Source: an uncultured delta proteobacterium (GTDB taxonomy: Bacteria; Desulfobacterota; Binatia; Binatales; Binataceae). Taken from it: a stretch of DNA of 64,000 bases. Both the position numbers and the translations under genes were made by a program. Shown here piece after piece: positions 52,502 to 62,573 of this stretch (the stretch's first letter is position 1; every line of letters starts with the position of its first letter). Below the pieces are notes generated by a model, which was not told the DNA's origin, made no database searches, and saw only the letters and a list, made by a program, of their open reading frames with translations. The stretch spans positions 32,001 to 96,000 of the forward strand of contig CAWCDG010000003.1 of assembly GCA_963794325.1 (NCBI GenBank). Reading direction: 5' to 3'.

Positions 52502-53212
52502 TTACATCTGCGCCGCGTTTTCTTCATGCACCATCCGCGATCCGGCTGTCGGCGCCGTATCTTCGTCCACGAATGCCGGACGGCCTCCTGCCGTTTTACC
52601 TTTCAGGAAATTCCTGAAACGCAGGATGCTATGGTCGTCGTTTGTCTCGATGATCAATTGCGAAAATACCCGCGTCAGCTTCGCCAGCGATTCCCCTTCC
52701 AGAATCATCGGCTGCGCCCAAATCGCTTCTCCCTTGAGCGTTTCGAGATACGGATATTCGACCGGCTCGCCCGCATTGACGAAGCCCGTCGCACGATAAA
52801 ATGGAGTCCCGTCGAACGGCTTCACGCCCAGGTAAGCGAGGATCGCCTTGGCGTCAAGCAGTCCGGCCAAAATTGCCGCGCCAGCTCGCGCCAGCGCCCC
52901 TGCGCCAATAGCACGCGACCACAGCTCGCTGACCTCCAGCACCGATCGCGGCGGCAGATGCGACAGGTCCGGCTTCGGACAAGTCTGCGGAAACATCTCG
53001 AGATCGTGCATCACCAGCCCCGCGATCATCTTCTCGGCCGGCTCGCCGTCGTTCTCGAACAGCGCGTACAGATTGCCGTACGTCAGATGAATCGAGGCGA
53101 GCCGCGAGCGCGGTCGTTCCTTGAATCCGACTCCGTGTTTCGCACGAATCTGCTCAGTGCGCGCGGCGAAAATTCTTCGTTCGTTTTCGGTTGATAGCAA
53201 ACGCAGTTCCAT
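52502..53212 (-). CDS. Hypothetical GNAT-fold acyltransferase (LuxI/FeeM-like)
   Basis: VLEVSELW and FYRATGF..GEP motifs; start set at MELR after a GGAAGGAG RBS. Confidence 0.5.
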   Translation of the reverse strand: MELRLLSTENERRIFAARTEQIRAKHGVGFKERPRSRLASIHLTYGNLYALFENDGEPAEKMIAGLVMHDLEMFPQTCPKPDLSHLPPRSVLEVSELWSRAIGAGALARAGAAILAGLLDAKAILAYLGVKPFDGTPFYRATGFVNAGEPVEYPYLETLKGEAIWAQPMILEGESLAKLTRVFSQLIIETNDDHSILRFRNFLKGKTAGGRPAFVDEDTAPTAGSRMVHEENAAQM

Positions 53213-53428
53213 TAGGTAGCTCCTTCCCCGGGGGCTAGTTTCGTCGCGATAGGTTGATATGTAGGCGCAAGTTTCCTGGAAATTGGGACCGTGCGGCGGC
53301 GGTGGCCGCGGCATGCAATAATGCCGATGCGGCCGAGAAATCGACGCGAGCGATGCGGCTGGAGGTCGAAAAATCGTCGTCAAAACCACAACATCAAGCT
53401 TAAAAATACGTCAAATTGTAGGGCCCGC

Positions 53429-53539
53429 GCGTAATTACGCAGGAATTATCGAGCAAAGCAAGGCACTTTTGTGCTGAATATAGATAAAACGAACGGGTTG
53501 TTGCCTATCTAGCATTAATTCAGTACTTTTGGTTATAAT
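53429..53539 (+). promoter_or_regulatory. AT-rich divergent promoter region with a palindrome
   Basis: GCGTAATTACGC at 53429-53440; TTGCCT-N17-TACTTT at 53501-53529; TATAAT at 53534. Confidence 0.45.
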
Positions 53540-53563
53540 TTGGCACTCGGGGATGGTTGACCA

Positions 53564-54367
53564 ATGACCGTAAAGAAACGTATCTCGCGCATCGTTGGGC
53601 TTACGGCAGATATAGTTAGAACTGCTGAAACCGCTTCCAATGAGCGTGAACCCTCTGCTGCCACCACTCAGGATGAAATTGCTCGTCTCTGGGAGAGGGA
53701 CTACGGATATTCACTCCGGAGCAGCCTGAGCCGGGCGGAAGTGCGCGAGATCGTGCGCGAGGCGAAGCGCGCCGCGTGGCCTCATCTGAATGACGAGGCA
53801 GTCCGCCTCGGCTCAATGAAACAATTCGCCGAGCGCGCATCTTCCCTTGGCGCCGATTTTCGAATCGCCAGGATGCCGTGGCCGTCAGGCCTCGCTGTGT
53901 TCGGTTTCTACCTGGGCAAAGACTCCGGTTTGGAAAAGCGCCCGCTCATCTGCTTGAACGGCGCGCATCATCCGGCCGCGGTCGCAACCGCCTTCCTACA
54001 CGAAGTAGGGCATCACATTACCGCTGAAATCTTTTCCACCCGCAACGAATTGGTCCAGCTCTCGCGCCAGACCGGATACGAGTCGCATCTGAACAATCCT
54101 CGCGAGCTCGCCGCCGACGTGCTGGTGAGCCTCGGGATCAATCCGCGCAATATCGCTGACAAATTATTCGGGGCACCGCGGGACCGAAGATTCCCTGTCA
54201 GTGAAGCCGTAAAATCACGCCCAGCCGCGAAGGCCGTCCTCGACACTGCGCGCCGTTATGGCCTCGATTTCGAAAGATTGCCCCTCCAGAAGAGATACCA
54301 ATATCAGGCCGGGCTGATTCATTTCACCAGGTTGCGGGAGGCACTGCTCGAGGAGTACGGATTGTAG
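53564..54367 (+). CDS. ImmA/IrrE-like (M78) zinc metallopeptidase domain protein
   Basis: GFY..LICLN..AFLHEVGHH and a downstream RELAAD. Confidence 0.65.
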   Translation: MTVKKRISRIVGLTADIVRTAETASNEREPSAATTQDEIARLWERDYGYSLRSSLSRAEVREIVREAKRAAWPHLNDEAVRLGSMKQFAERASSLGADFRIARMPWPSGLAVFGFYLGKDSGLEKRPLICLNGAHHPAAVATAFLHEVGHHITAEIFSTRNELVQLSRQTGYESHLNNPRELAADVLVSLGINPRNIADKLFGAPRDRRFPVSEAVKSRPAAKAVLDTARRYGLDFERLPLQKRYQYQAGLIHFTRLREALLEEYGL

Positions 54368-54523
54368 TGCGCATTTGGGCATGCGTCCGCCCCCCATCAG
54401 CACCTTCTGACAGAGCAAAGTCCGCATCTCGCGGTGGCGTCTATTTTCTTAAACTACTGTGCAGCACCCCGTCCTGAACGGAGCCGAAGGAGGTTTTTCC
54501 TGCTCAACCAAAGCAGGCGCAAA

Positions 54524-54546
54524 ATGAAACCCGCTGTGGGTTTCAT
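54524..54546. terminator. Hairpin between convergent genes
   Basis: ATGAAACCC / GGGTTTCAT. Confidence 0.55.
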
Positions 54547-54579
54547 ATAACAAATTGATTCCTCCCACTTCTTCAATAG

Positions 54580-54921
54580 CTATCTTTTTGAACTTGTCAA
54601 TCCCAACGCCGTGCGCAACTTGCCCTTGAGCAGCAAAATTAGCTTGTCTTCCCAGCAAACGTAATTGTCGGGTACGTCGAGCACCACGACTTTTTCCGCG
54701 TGCACCTCGCCGAATCGCTCGCGAATATGTCGGCGATGCGCCTCCTCCATCACGCAAATCACGTCCGCTTCTTCGACCAGCTCGATGCTCACCTGATTCT
54801 TGGCCCACGGCTCCGTCCCCGCCGAGGTAACCCACATCGGCGCACACATCTCCGCCAACACCATCGCCGCCGTCGGACTGCGATCCATATTCCCGGTACA
54901 AACCATCAACACTTTTTTCAT
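54580..54921 (-). CDS. Low-molecular-weight phosphotyrosine phosphatase-like protein
   Basis: VCTGNMDRSPTA P-loop, SAGT, LDVPD. Confidence 0.88.
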   Translation of the reverse strand: MKKVLMVCTGNMDRSPTAAMVLAEMCAPMWVTSAGTEPWAKNQVSIELVEEADVICVMEEAHRRHIRERFGEVHAEKVVVLDVPDNYVCWEDKLILLLKGKLRTALGLTSSKR

Positions 54922-54988
54922 GTCGATTTTATTTCTCTAAGTTCAGTGAAAGAATCTGCGAACTGAATTGAGCGCAGCAAATCCTCCA

Positions 54989-55089
54989 GTTCCCCTTCCC
55001 ACGATCGGAAGGGGCTAGGGTTAGGACGCACGCCGCAACCTCCCCGCTCCGGTTCCCCTTCCCACTATGGGAAGGGGTTAGGGGTTAGG
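54989..55089. repeat. Two tandem module A repeats
   Basis: TTCCCCTTCCC-loop-GGAAGGGG(C/T)TAGGG(G)TTAGG twice. Confidence 0.85.
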
Positions 55090-55129
55090 TCGCAAGCATC
55101 AAGCACAAAATCCCGTGACGTACAAAACG

Positions 55130-56452
55130 CTACGCCAACCCCAATTCCTTCAGCGGTCCCCTATCCGACACCGCGCCGCGCGCGACTCCCGCCCTCAACT
55201 TGATCGATCCCGGCGCGCGCTCGAATGCGTCCAGCAGCCCGATCGACTTCGCATGCTCCTTCAGCACTGGAATTATTTCCTGCGCGATCAACCGCATGCT
55301 CGTCTGCCGATCCTCATTCGACACCGGCCCTTGCACGCTGAATATCACCAGCGACCCCGGCCGCAGCACCGTCAGGATCGCCTTGAGCTTCGGGATGACC
55401 GACTTGGGCGTGCCGATTACCAGCTGGATCGCCTTCTGCGCCTTCTGATATCCGGGAATCAGCTTCGCTCTGACAGCCGCGGGATCGATCTCGACGTCCT
55501 CGCCCTGTTGGCGCATCTTGTCGCCGCTTATTCCGAGCCAGCTGCCCTGCGGCTGATGCGCCAGTTTTCGAATCGCCTCTTTCGAGTTGTATCCCGGCGG
55601 CAGCGTATGCTCGACGCGTGCGAATGAGTTCTGCCCGCCTCCGAACAGAAAATTCTTGCCCAGCTCCTGCGCCCGGTCTTCGGTCTCGGCGACGAACGTC
55701 GGCAGCACGTAGCCGAAATTTTCCGATCCCGCTTCGTATCCGTGCTTGGCCGCCTCATCGGCATAGAAGTCCCACAAGTCGCAAGTCGGCCCCAGCGACG
55801 TGCCCAATCCAAAATATGGATAGGCCTTTTCCGCGCACCATCGGACCGTCTCCGGACTGAGCGTTCCCGGAATCCACATCGGCGGATGCGGTTTCTGATA
55901 GGGCAGGGCCCACGGATTCACGTGACGATAATGAAAATGCTTGCCCTCGTAGCGCCAGGGCCCCGGCCGCGTCCATGCCTGTATGATAAAATCGTGCGCC
56001 TCTTCGAAATATTCGCGGTTGTACGACGGATTCGCATTGTTGAAGAATTGCTCGCTGCCCGCGCCGCGCACCCATCCCGAGATCAACCGCCCGCGCGAAA
56101 TAAGATCGATCTCCGCCAGCTCCTCGGCCATCCGCAGCGGATGCTTAATCACTGGCAGCGGATTCCCAATCAGCAAAATCCTCGCCTTCTTGGTCAGCCG
56201 CGCCAGGATTCCCGCCTCGACGTTCATCACGCTCCCCATGCAGAAGGGATTCCCATGATGCTCATTCAGCGCGACGATATCGAACCCGAGTTCCTCGGCA
56301 TAAAGATTCTCGTCGATATAGTAATTGTAATCTTCAGCGGCCCGCTCCCGATCGAAGTAGCTATTCGACACCGCGAAATGCCCCCCATTTCGCAATATCA
56401 CTTCCTCAGGAATCCATCGCACCGGCCGCTCCGTGAAATATCCAATTTGCAT
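55130..56452 (-). CDS. LLM-class flavin-dependent oxidoreductase
   Basis: AEELGFD..NEHH, HPLRMAEELA.ID..SRGR, PYQKPHPP. Confidence 0.92.
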   Translation of the reverse strand: MQIGYFTERPVRWIPEEVILRNGGHFAVSNSYFDRERAAEDYNYYIDENLYAEELGFDIVALNEHHGNPFCMGSVMNVEAGILARLTKKARILLIGNPLPVIKHPLRMAEELAEIDLISRGRLISGWVRGAGSEQFFNNANPSYNREYFEEAHDFIIQAWTRPGPWRYEGKHFHYRHVNPWALPYQKPHPPMWIPGTLSPETVRWCAEKAYPYFGLGTSLGPTCDLWDFYADEAAKHGYEAGSENFGYVLPTFVAETEDRAQELGKNFLFGGGQNSFARVEHTLPPGYNSKEAIRKLAHQPQGSWLGISGDKMRQQGEDVEIDPAAVRAKLIPGYQKAQKAIQLVIGTPKSVIPKLKAILTVLRPGSLVIFSVQGPVSNEDRQTSMRLIAQEIIPVLKEHAKSIGLLDAFERAPGSIKLRAGVARGAVSDRGPLKELGLA

Positions 56453-56518
56453 AGTGACTCCTGAATAACTATTCGCAACGCAACTGAGATCTTTAAATTA
56501 CCCGGCCCGCTCCTTCTT

Positions 56519-56675
56519 CCCCTCTCCCGTCGGGAGAGGATTTCAGGAGAGGGACTTTATACAGCGCGCCTTTCTGCGCGCGATTCAAGATTCTGCTTCT
56601 GCCCAAATACGTCGCTCCAAAGTCCCAATAATCCGGTCCCCCTTCCCGCTCGGGAAGGGGTTAGGGGTTAGGTTC
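56519..56675. repeat. Composite repeat, modules B plus A
   Basis: Module B at 56519-56603, module A at 56632-56675. Confidence 0.85.
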
Positions 56676-57461
56676 CTACTCACTCAAAAACCGACTGACT
56701 ATCTTCACAAACTCCTCCGAGTTTTCAATTTCAGGCCGATGCCCGACACTTTCAATCGTCGCAACCTTCGCCCCCGGTATCGCCTTCTTGTATTCATCGA
56801 TACATCCACGAGGCACGACTCGATCGCGCGTCCCCCACACCAACAGCGTCGGCGTCCTGGTCCCGCGCAGCAAATACGGCAGCGCCGGATTATGCATGTA
56901 CGGCTCCCACCCGATTCGCGCGGTCTCCGCCCGCGCATCCTCGAACGCCTCGAACTGCTCCGGCGTCATCTCACCGCCATAGAGTTTGAGGAACTCCGGC
57001 GTGCTATGCGGATCAGCGACGGTCGCCCGCAGATGCGTCCGCATGGTGATCGGAAAAATATCCATAATCTCACCCTCTGAGGGTTTAATCCCCATCGGCG
57101 CGACCAGGATCATCTTCGAAAAAATCCGCGGATCGGCCGCAACCATCTCGGCCGCAATATACCCTCCCGCCGAATACCCAATCACATCAACCGGATCGAG
57201 CTTCAGCTCCCGCACCACCTGCGAATAAAACCCCGCAAGATCGCGATAGGTCCGCACCCACTCAATCTTCGGTGTCCTCCCAAACCCCGGCTGCAACGGA
57301 ATGAACAACGTCCGCTCATGCGCAATCGTCTCATTCCAGGTCATCCACCCCGGATACCCAAGCTCATCATGAAAAATCAGGACAGGCTTCCCCGTCCCCG
57401 CCTTGAGCATGACTAGCTTCTCGCCCGCAATATTGACGGTCTCTTCGGACGTCTTGATCAC
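56676..57461 (-). CDS. Alpha/beta fold hydrolase
   Basis: PGFG, GYSAGG, WGTRDRVV, GHRPEIE. Confidence 0.88.
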   Translation of the reverse strand: MIKTSEETVNIAGEKLVMLKAGTGKPVLIFHDELGYPGWMTWNETIAHERTLFIPLQPGFGRTPKIEWVRTYRDLAGFYSQVVRELKLDPVDVIGYSAGGYIAAEMVAADPRIFSKMILVAPMGIKPSEGEIMDIFPITMRTHLRATVADPHSTPEFLKLYGGEMTPEQFEAFEDARAETARIGWEPYMHNPALPYLLRGTRTPTLLVWGTRDRVVPRGCIDEYKKAIPGAKVATIESVGHRPEIENSEEFVKIVSRFLSE

Positions 57462-57533
57462 AACATCTCTCCTAAGAAACTAACTTCACCAAGGCTTGTC
57501 GTTTTCAATGCAGATCGCGCCCGATCCTCTAAG

Positions 57534-57576
57534 TCCGGTTCCCCTTCCCGCTCGGGAAGGGGTTAGGGGTTAGGTT
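57534..57576. repeat. Module A repeat
   Basis: TCCGGTTCCCCTTCCCGCTCGGGAAGGGGTTAGGGGTTAGGTT. Confidence 0.85.
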
Positions 57577-58011
57577 GCATGGGTCATTCGCCCGACTTGA
57601 GCCACCCTATTCAAAATCGAATACCTCACCCACCATTCCCAGCACAAACCCCAACTCGGCTGACTCTTCTCCAGCCAATAGTCACTCCTGATCAACCCCA
57701 TCGCCGATCACCCATTTCTAATCCCGAGCGAAGCGAGTCTTCGCCTCGCCCTACGAGGGGAGAGGGAATTGGAGCGCGGAATGCGCGCGTATTCGCGACA
57801 CGGAGCGAGGTCTTAACACTAAAACGACTCATTCCCGGAAGAAGGTATGAAGAAGGTATATTGATCGTAAAGCTCTTCTGACGGCGTTCCGGGTAGTTTT
57901 TTGCTCTGGACTACGCGCAATGTCATTCTGTCATTATGGATGTTCGCCACTGCAGCGAGCGTTGTCGGCTTGATCGGAACTCCATCATCTGGCATTGGCG
58001 GGCCGCGAAAC

Positions 58012-59611
58012 CTACCAGCTATCGATATACGGATACTTCTTCCCGCTCCGCGGCTCCGGCCGCTGCACTCGATCTCAATCCCGCCGCAATCCACCTCCTC
58101 GATTCCGCCGGATCGATCACGTCATCAACCCCGAAATGCGACGCATTGTTAATCGCCTTCCCGCGCTGATACATCGTCGCGACCATCTCATCGAATCGCT
58201 TCTTGCGCGCCGCCGGCTCCGCAATCGCCGCCAGCTCATTGCGATACCCAAGCTTCACCGCGCCCTCGAGTCCCATCGGCCCGAACTCACCCGTCGGCCA
58301 CGCCACCGTGAACATCGGCGCATCGTAACTCCCGCCAGCCATCGCAATCCCGCCGAGTCCATATGCCTTGCGCAGCACGATCGTGAAAAACGGCACCGTC
58401 GCATTCGCCGCCGTAAGAAACATCCGCGACGAATGCCGCACCAGCGCGGTCTTCTCGATTTCGGGCCCAACCATGATTCCCGGCGTGTCGCACAAAAACA
58501 AAATCGGCACGTCGAACGCATCGCACAACTGGATAAACCGCGCGCCCTTGTCCGCGCCGTCACTGTCAATCGCGCCCGCCAGATGCTTCGGATTATTCGC
58601 GACGACGCCGAACGGATGCCCCTCGATTCTCACAAACGCCGCGATCATCGTCAGCCCGAAGTCGCGCCGAATCTCGAGCACCGACCCCGTGTCAGCCATC
58701 GTCTCGATCACGTCGCGCACGTCGTAAACCCGTAGTCGATTCTCCGGAATGATATTTCGCAGTATGCGTTGATCCGCACAGCTCCATTCCTTCACCGCGC
58801 CCTGAAAGTACGACAGATATTTCCTCGCGACCTTCACCGCCTCCGCCTCGTCCTCGACCGCGATATCCACGACCCCGTTCGGCACCTGCACTTCCATCGG
58901 CCCGATTTCCTCGGGACGAAAGATGCCGAGCCCGCCGCCTTCGATCATCGCCGGCCCGCCCATCCCGATATTCGATCGCTTGGTCGCGATCACGACGTCG
59001 CAGCATCCCAGCAACGACGCGTTGCCCGCATAGCACCGCCCCGACGTGATTCCGACCAGCGGCACCAGCCCGCTCAGCTTCGGAAAATCATGAAACGATC
59101 GCGAATTTTGAAAACCGCCGTCAGTATCTCCCGGACGCCCGCCGCCGCCTTCCGCGAACAGCACCAGCGGCAATCGCAGTTCGCGCGCAATCTGGAACAT
59201 CCGATCTTTCTTGCGATGGTTCTGATGCCCCTGCGTCCCGGCCAGCACCGTGTAGTCGTACGACATCACGACGCATCGCGACCGCTCCGCGCCGAACAGA
59301 TTTCCATTGACCGTCGCGAGCCCGGTGACCAGCCCGTCCGCCGGCGTATTCTTGATCAGGTCCTCAATCGTGCGACGCCTTCGCTGCGCCGCTACGACGA
59401 TCGGCCCGTACTCGACGAACGTCCCCGCGTCGCACAAATCCTCGATATTCTCGCGCGCCGTCCGCTGCCCCGTCTTCCTCCGACGCGCCACCGCGTCAGG
59501 CCGCGCCGCATCGAGCCCAACCTCATGCCGCCCGATCACCTCCGCAAGGTCAGCCCGCACAATCTCGATATCTTTATTTCGTGATGCCACGTTTGGTGGA
59601 TAATACTTCAA
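58012..59611 (-). CDS. Acyl-CoA carboxylase carboxyltransferase, frameshifted near 58069, possibly N-truncated
   Basis: YDYTVLAGTQG, GGGGRPGD, DTPGIMVGP; natural end RSGKKYPYIDSW* lies in another frame. Confidence 0.85.
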
Positions 59612-59613
59612 AA

Positions 59614-59682
59614 TCCGCGCGCGACAACGGAGCGCGGCCTTAATACTGAAAAAAACGGAGCGCGGCCTTAATACTGAAAAAA
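59614..59682. repeat. Module D, 28-bp tandem duplication
   Basis: AACGGAGCGCGGCCTTAATACTGAAAAA x2; related copies at 63091-63132 and 57794-57824. Confidence 0.85.
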
Positions 59683-59683
59683 T

Positions 59684-60346
59684 TCACACGCATCCCCCGA
59701 CCCAGACCACCCGCCCGATTATCTTCACGCTCGGCACCACCATCGATTCGTATTTCGGATTGTCGCTGCGCACCAAAATCTTCCCGTCTGGCCGCCGCTG
59801 GATTCGTTTCACCGTCAGCCCCCCGTCATGCCGCAGCAGGTAGATTCCGTCCTGCCGAAAGCGCGGCTCCGCGAGATCAGCCAGAATCAAATCCGAGTCC
59901 TCAACCGTCGGCGCCATCGAATCGCCAACCACCTCGATCAGAATCAAATCGCGCGGGTCCGCGCGCAGCACCCGCTTCACCCAGTCCGCGCGAAACGCCA
60001 CCGAATCCACCACCTGCTCGCTGCGCATGATCCCCTCGCGCCCAGCCGAGAATCGAATCCGGCTGCGCGGCATGAAAATAAAATCCCCATGCTCGACCGC
60101 CCGCGCGACCGCCTGCCCGCTATGCGATATCTCCTCGCCCGTCGCCAGCCATTCCACCGACACCCGCGCAGCTCGCGCCAGCGCCACCAGGTTCGCCACG
60201 CTCGGCTGTCCCCGCCCCGCTAGCCATTTGTAAATTGCGTTGTCGGATACCCCGACCGCGGTCGCCAGCGCGACTACCGATCCAAAGGACTGAATCACTT
60301 GCGTCAGCCGCGAGCGAAATGCGGCGTCAACCACTGTAGTTGACAT
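59684..60346 (-). CDS. CI-like repressor (HTH plus S24 peptidase)
   Basis: HTH..VSVEWLATG, VVGDSMAPT, VKRIQ, SDNPKY, IIGRVVW; AGGAG RBS. Confidence 0.92.
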   Translation of the reverse strand: MSTTVVDAAFRSRLTQVIQSFGSVVALATAVGVSDNAIYKWLAGRGQPSVANLVALARAARVSVEWLATGEEISHSGQAVARAVEHGDFIFMPRSRIRFSAGREGIMRSEQVVDSVAFRADWVKRVLRADPRDLILIEVVGDSMAPTVEDSDLILADLAEPRFRQDGIYLLRHDGGLTVKRIQRRPDGKILVRSDNPKYESMVVPSVKIIGRVVWVGGCV

Positions 60347-60622
60347 AAATCTCCTAATGTGAAATAAGATTCTTAAAGCGCATGTTCCCGCCTCAAGCAA
60401 ACCGCTCTCAAGTTAAACGCCGGCCTCCCCCGCCGCATGCCTACCTCGATGCGCGCCTCCCCCGCACCTCTCCGCGACTACACATCTTTAGCTCAGTTCG
60501 CCACCTTGTGCCCGCCACGCCCCGGATTTCTCTCCTTAGCCCCGTCGTTCTTTCCGATCTGCTCCGATCGTTTTCATCATCGACGCACCACCGGTTTCCC
60601 ACCCAACTCGCGCGGAGGATTT

Positions 60623-60847
60623 ATGGAACCCGCGATCTCTCCGGTTCGTCCCAGTAGTAGTTCTGGCCGCCTGGTCTCCTGTCTGTGGTGTCATGGGGAC
60701 ACCACCCAAGCCGAGATCATTCGCAACCACGGTCTGTGTCCAGGCTGCGTTCACGACAATGTCGAGCTCAGTTGGCGGGTGATTTACGATCGCGATCGCA
60801 AAATCGGCGCGGTGCCGGCCAATCTTCGGGTTGCGTACGGGTTATGA
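60623..60847 (+). CDS. Small Cys4 zinc-finger hypothetical protein
   Basis: GGAGG RBS; CLWC and CPGC; ATGA overlap with the next gene. Confidence 0.6.
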   Translation: MEPAISPVRPSSSSGRLVSCLWCHGDTTQAEIIRNHGLCPGCVHDNVELSWRVIYDRDRKIGAVPANLRVAYGL

Positions 60848-61341
60848 ACGTCGCGGCCAATCGGATGCCCGCGCTCGGGCGCGCGATGTCGCCGGAGCCG
60901 CGTTTCAATCCGTTCGTGGTCGCGATGCGCCACACGCTTTACGATCAGATCGGCGATTCAATCGGCGCCGACGCGGCCGACCGGCTGATCGCCGACTTCG
61001 GCGGGCGTCGATTGTATATCCCGATCGCGCCTGCGCGCGGCGATTTGATCACGCGCTCGATTGGATTGCTCGCGGCGCTCACGATGGCGCGAGCATTCGG
61101 CGGCGACCGCATCCTGATTCCGGCCACTTGCAGTCATGCGCGCCGCCGCGCGCGCATCGTGATGCTGCGCGCTGAAAACGTCAGCATCTCGCACATCGCA
61201 CGCGAGCTCCGATGCACCGAGCGCTACGTTTACAAAGTCCTCGCCCTATGCCGCGCCGCCAAACCCTCTGATTCCCCCTCAAAAACGTCCGCGCCGATCG
61301 CAGAGCGATTGAGACGTGGACATATCAACCGCCGCTCCTGA
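60844..61341 (+). CDS. Mor/C-family transcription activator
   Basis: IG..AA..L..FGGRRLYIP repeated, C-terminal HTH IARELRCTERYVYKVL. Confidence 0.85.
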   Translation: MNVAANRMPALGRAMSPEPRFNPFVVAMRHTLYDQIGDSIGADAADRLIADFGGRRLYIPIAPARGDLITRSIGLLAALTMARAFGGDRILIPATCSHARRRARIVMLRAENVSISHIARELRCTERYVYKVLALCRAAKPSDSPSKTSAPIAERLRRGHINRRS

Positions 61342-61353
61342 CCCTCTCCCAGT

Positions 61354-61377
61354 GGGGCGGGCCGCCGTGCCCGCCCT
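61354..61377 (+). terminator. Hairpin after the Mor-like gene
   Basis: GGGCGGGC / GCCCGCCC. Confidence 0.4.
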
Positions 61378-61430
61378 CCGCTGTCGCCAGCTTTTCACGC
61401 CCGAGCCAGAGGCCGCATAGACACTGAAAA

Positions 61431-61688
61431 ATGAAAAAAGCCTTCTACAAATCCAAAGCATTCTACGGATGCGTCAGCACGATCGTTTTGATCGTCGGCG
61501 ACATGGCAGCCAACGGCGCGACGCTCGGCAACATGACGGCGCTGATGACGGCGGGGTTTGCGCTCTACGGCCGTATCGTCGCGACCGCGCCGCTCGCGAT
61601 CAGCGACCAATCCGAGGCTGACGTCGAGGAGGCAAAGGCAGATGTACGCAAAAGCAAAGTTGCGGTTGACGCTGACCATGGGAATTAG
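61431..61688 (+). CDS. Holin-like two-TM protein
   Basis: KAFYKSKAFYG, two hydrophobic segments, YGRIVA, charged tail. Confidence 0.65.
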   Translation: MKKAFYKSKAFYGCVSTIVLIVGDMAANGATLGNMTALMTAGFALYGRIVATAPLAISDQSEADVEEAKADVRKSKVAVDADHGN

Positions 61689-61983
61689 CGTGTTAGCCGC
61701 GGGATGCGCGCCGACTTTCGAGTCGCATATCGACTCGCCGCCGGCAATATCACCTCAGATCGCGACGCAATGCACGTCCACTGAAAAACTGGCGGCGCTG
61801 GATCCCAAACCGCAATTACCGGATGCGGATCAATCGCCATGTCCCGATGGAAGTGGATTGGCCGCATGTTTCACGCATGACCAGGACGCGATACGCCAGA
61901 ATCGTTTCAAGATTCTTCACGACGATCGCGACTACTGCCGCGACGCGTATGAGAGGGCGGTGAAACATGTTGCGGGGGATTGA
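61642..61983 (+). CDS. Lipoprotein, possible spanin-like
   Basis: AAGC lipobox, Pro/Cys-rich, overlaps the holin-like gene. Confidence 0.55.
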   Translation: MYAKAKLRLTLTMGISVLAAGCAPTFESHIDSPPAISPQIATQCTSTEKLAALDPKPQLPDADQSPCPDGSGLAACFTHDQDAIRQNRFKILHDDRDYCRDAYERAVKHVAGD

Positions 61984-62434
61984 GGTGGAGGCGAAGAACC
62001 TAACCCCTAACCCCTTCCCTCGAGGGAAGGGGAACAATCGCGGGCACGGCGGCCCGCGCCACTGGTTCCGATCTATCCGGTTCCCCTTCCCGTGCGGGAA
62101 GGGGTTAGGGGTTAGGTTCCTCTATTCCACCGCAATCCTGATCTCGATCCTCCCCTTCGCCGCATCGTGCTCCCAGGTCCACGAAAAAATGTTCACCCTC
62201 GATTGTGCCATCGGGCGCGCGCCGCTCGCGGGCGAGCTGGCGCCGGGCACCGCGATGGCGCTGGACGTCTCGACCAGCCCGATCCCGCTGCTCTCGCCGT
62301 CGCATCGCGCGATCGCGCGATGCGACAGCGCCGGCGTCGTCACGATGGATATCGAAACCCCAATCGACACCGGCCTGAGCCAGCTATCGACGCCCTTAAG
62401 CACTGCCGCCGCCCACATAACTTATGTGCCATGA
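61967..62434 (+). CDS. Possible lipoprotein with repeat-derived N-terminus
   Basis: ILISILPFAASC lipobox-like segment; start uncertain. Confidence 0.4.
   Translation: MLRGIEVEAKNLTPNPFPRGKGNNRGHGGPRHWFRSIRFPFPCGKGLGVRFLYSTAILISILPFAASCSQVHEKMFTLDCAIGRAPLAGELAPGTAMALDVSTSPIPLLSPSHRAIARCDSAGVVTMDIETPIDTGLSQLSTPLSTAAAHITYVP
61996..62146. repeat. Inverted pair of module A
   Basis: 61997-62041 is identical to 63038-63082; second copy at 62076-62120. Confidence 0.85.
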
Positions 62435-62444
62435 AAACAAAAAG

Positions 62445-62528
62445 CGGAGGCAGAATCTTGAATCGCGCGCGAAAGATGCGCGCTGGACAAGGTCCCTCTC
62501 CTTAAATCCTCTCCCGACGGGAGAGGGG
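62445..62528. repeat. Module B, inverted
   Basis: Reverse-complement match to 56519-56603. Confidence 0.8.
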
Positions 62529-62573
62529 AAGAACAGAAACAAAACGCCCGCGCATCTAAAAGGTGACACTCAC

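Noticed and set aside
59626-59682. Possible CRISPR array
   Set aside because: Two adjacent 28-bp copies with no spacer and no cas genes.
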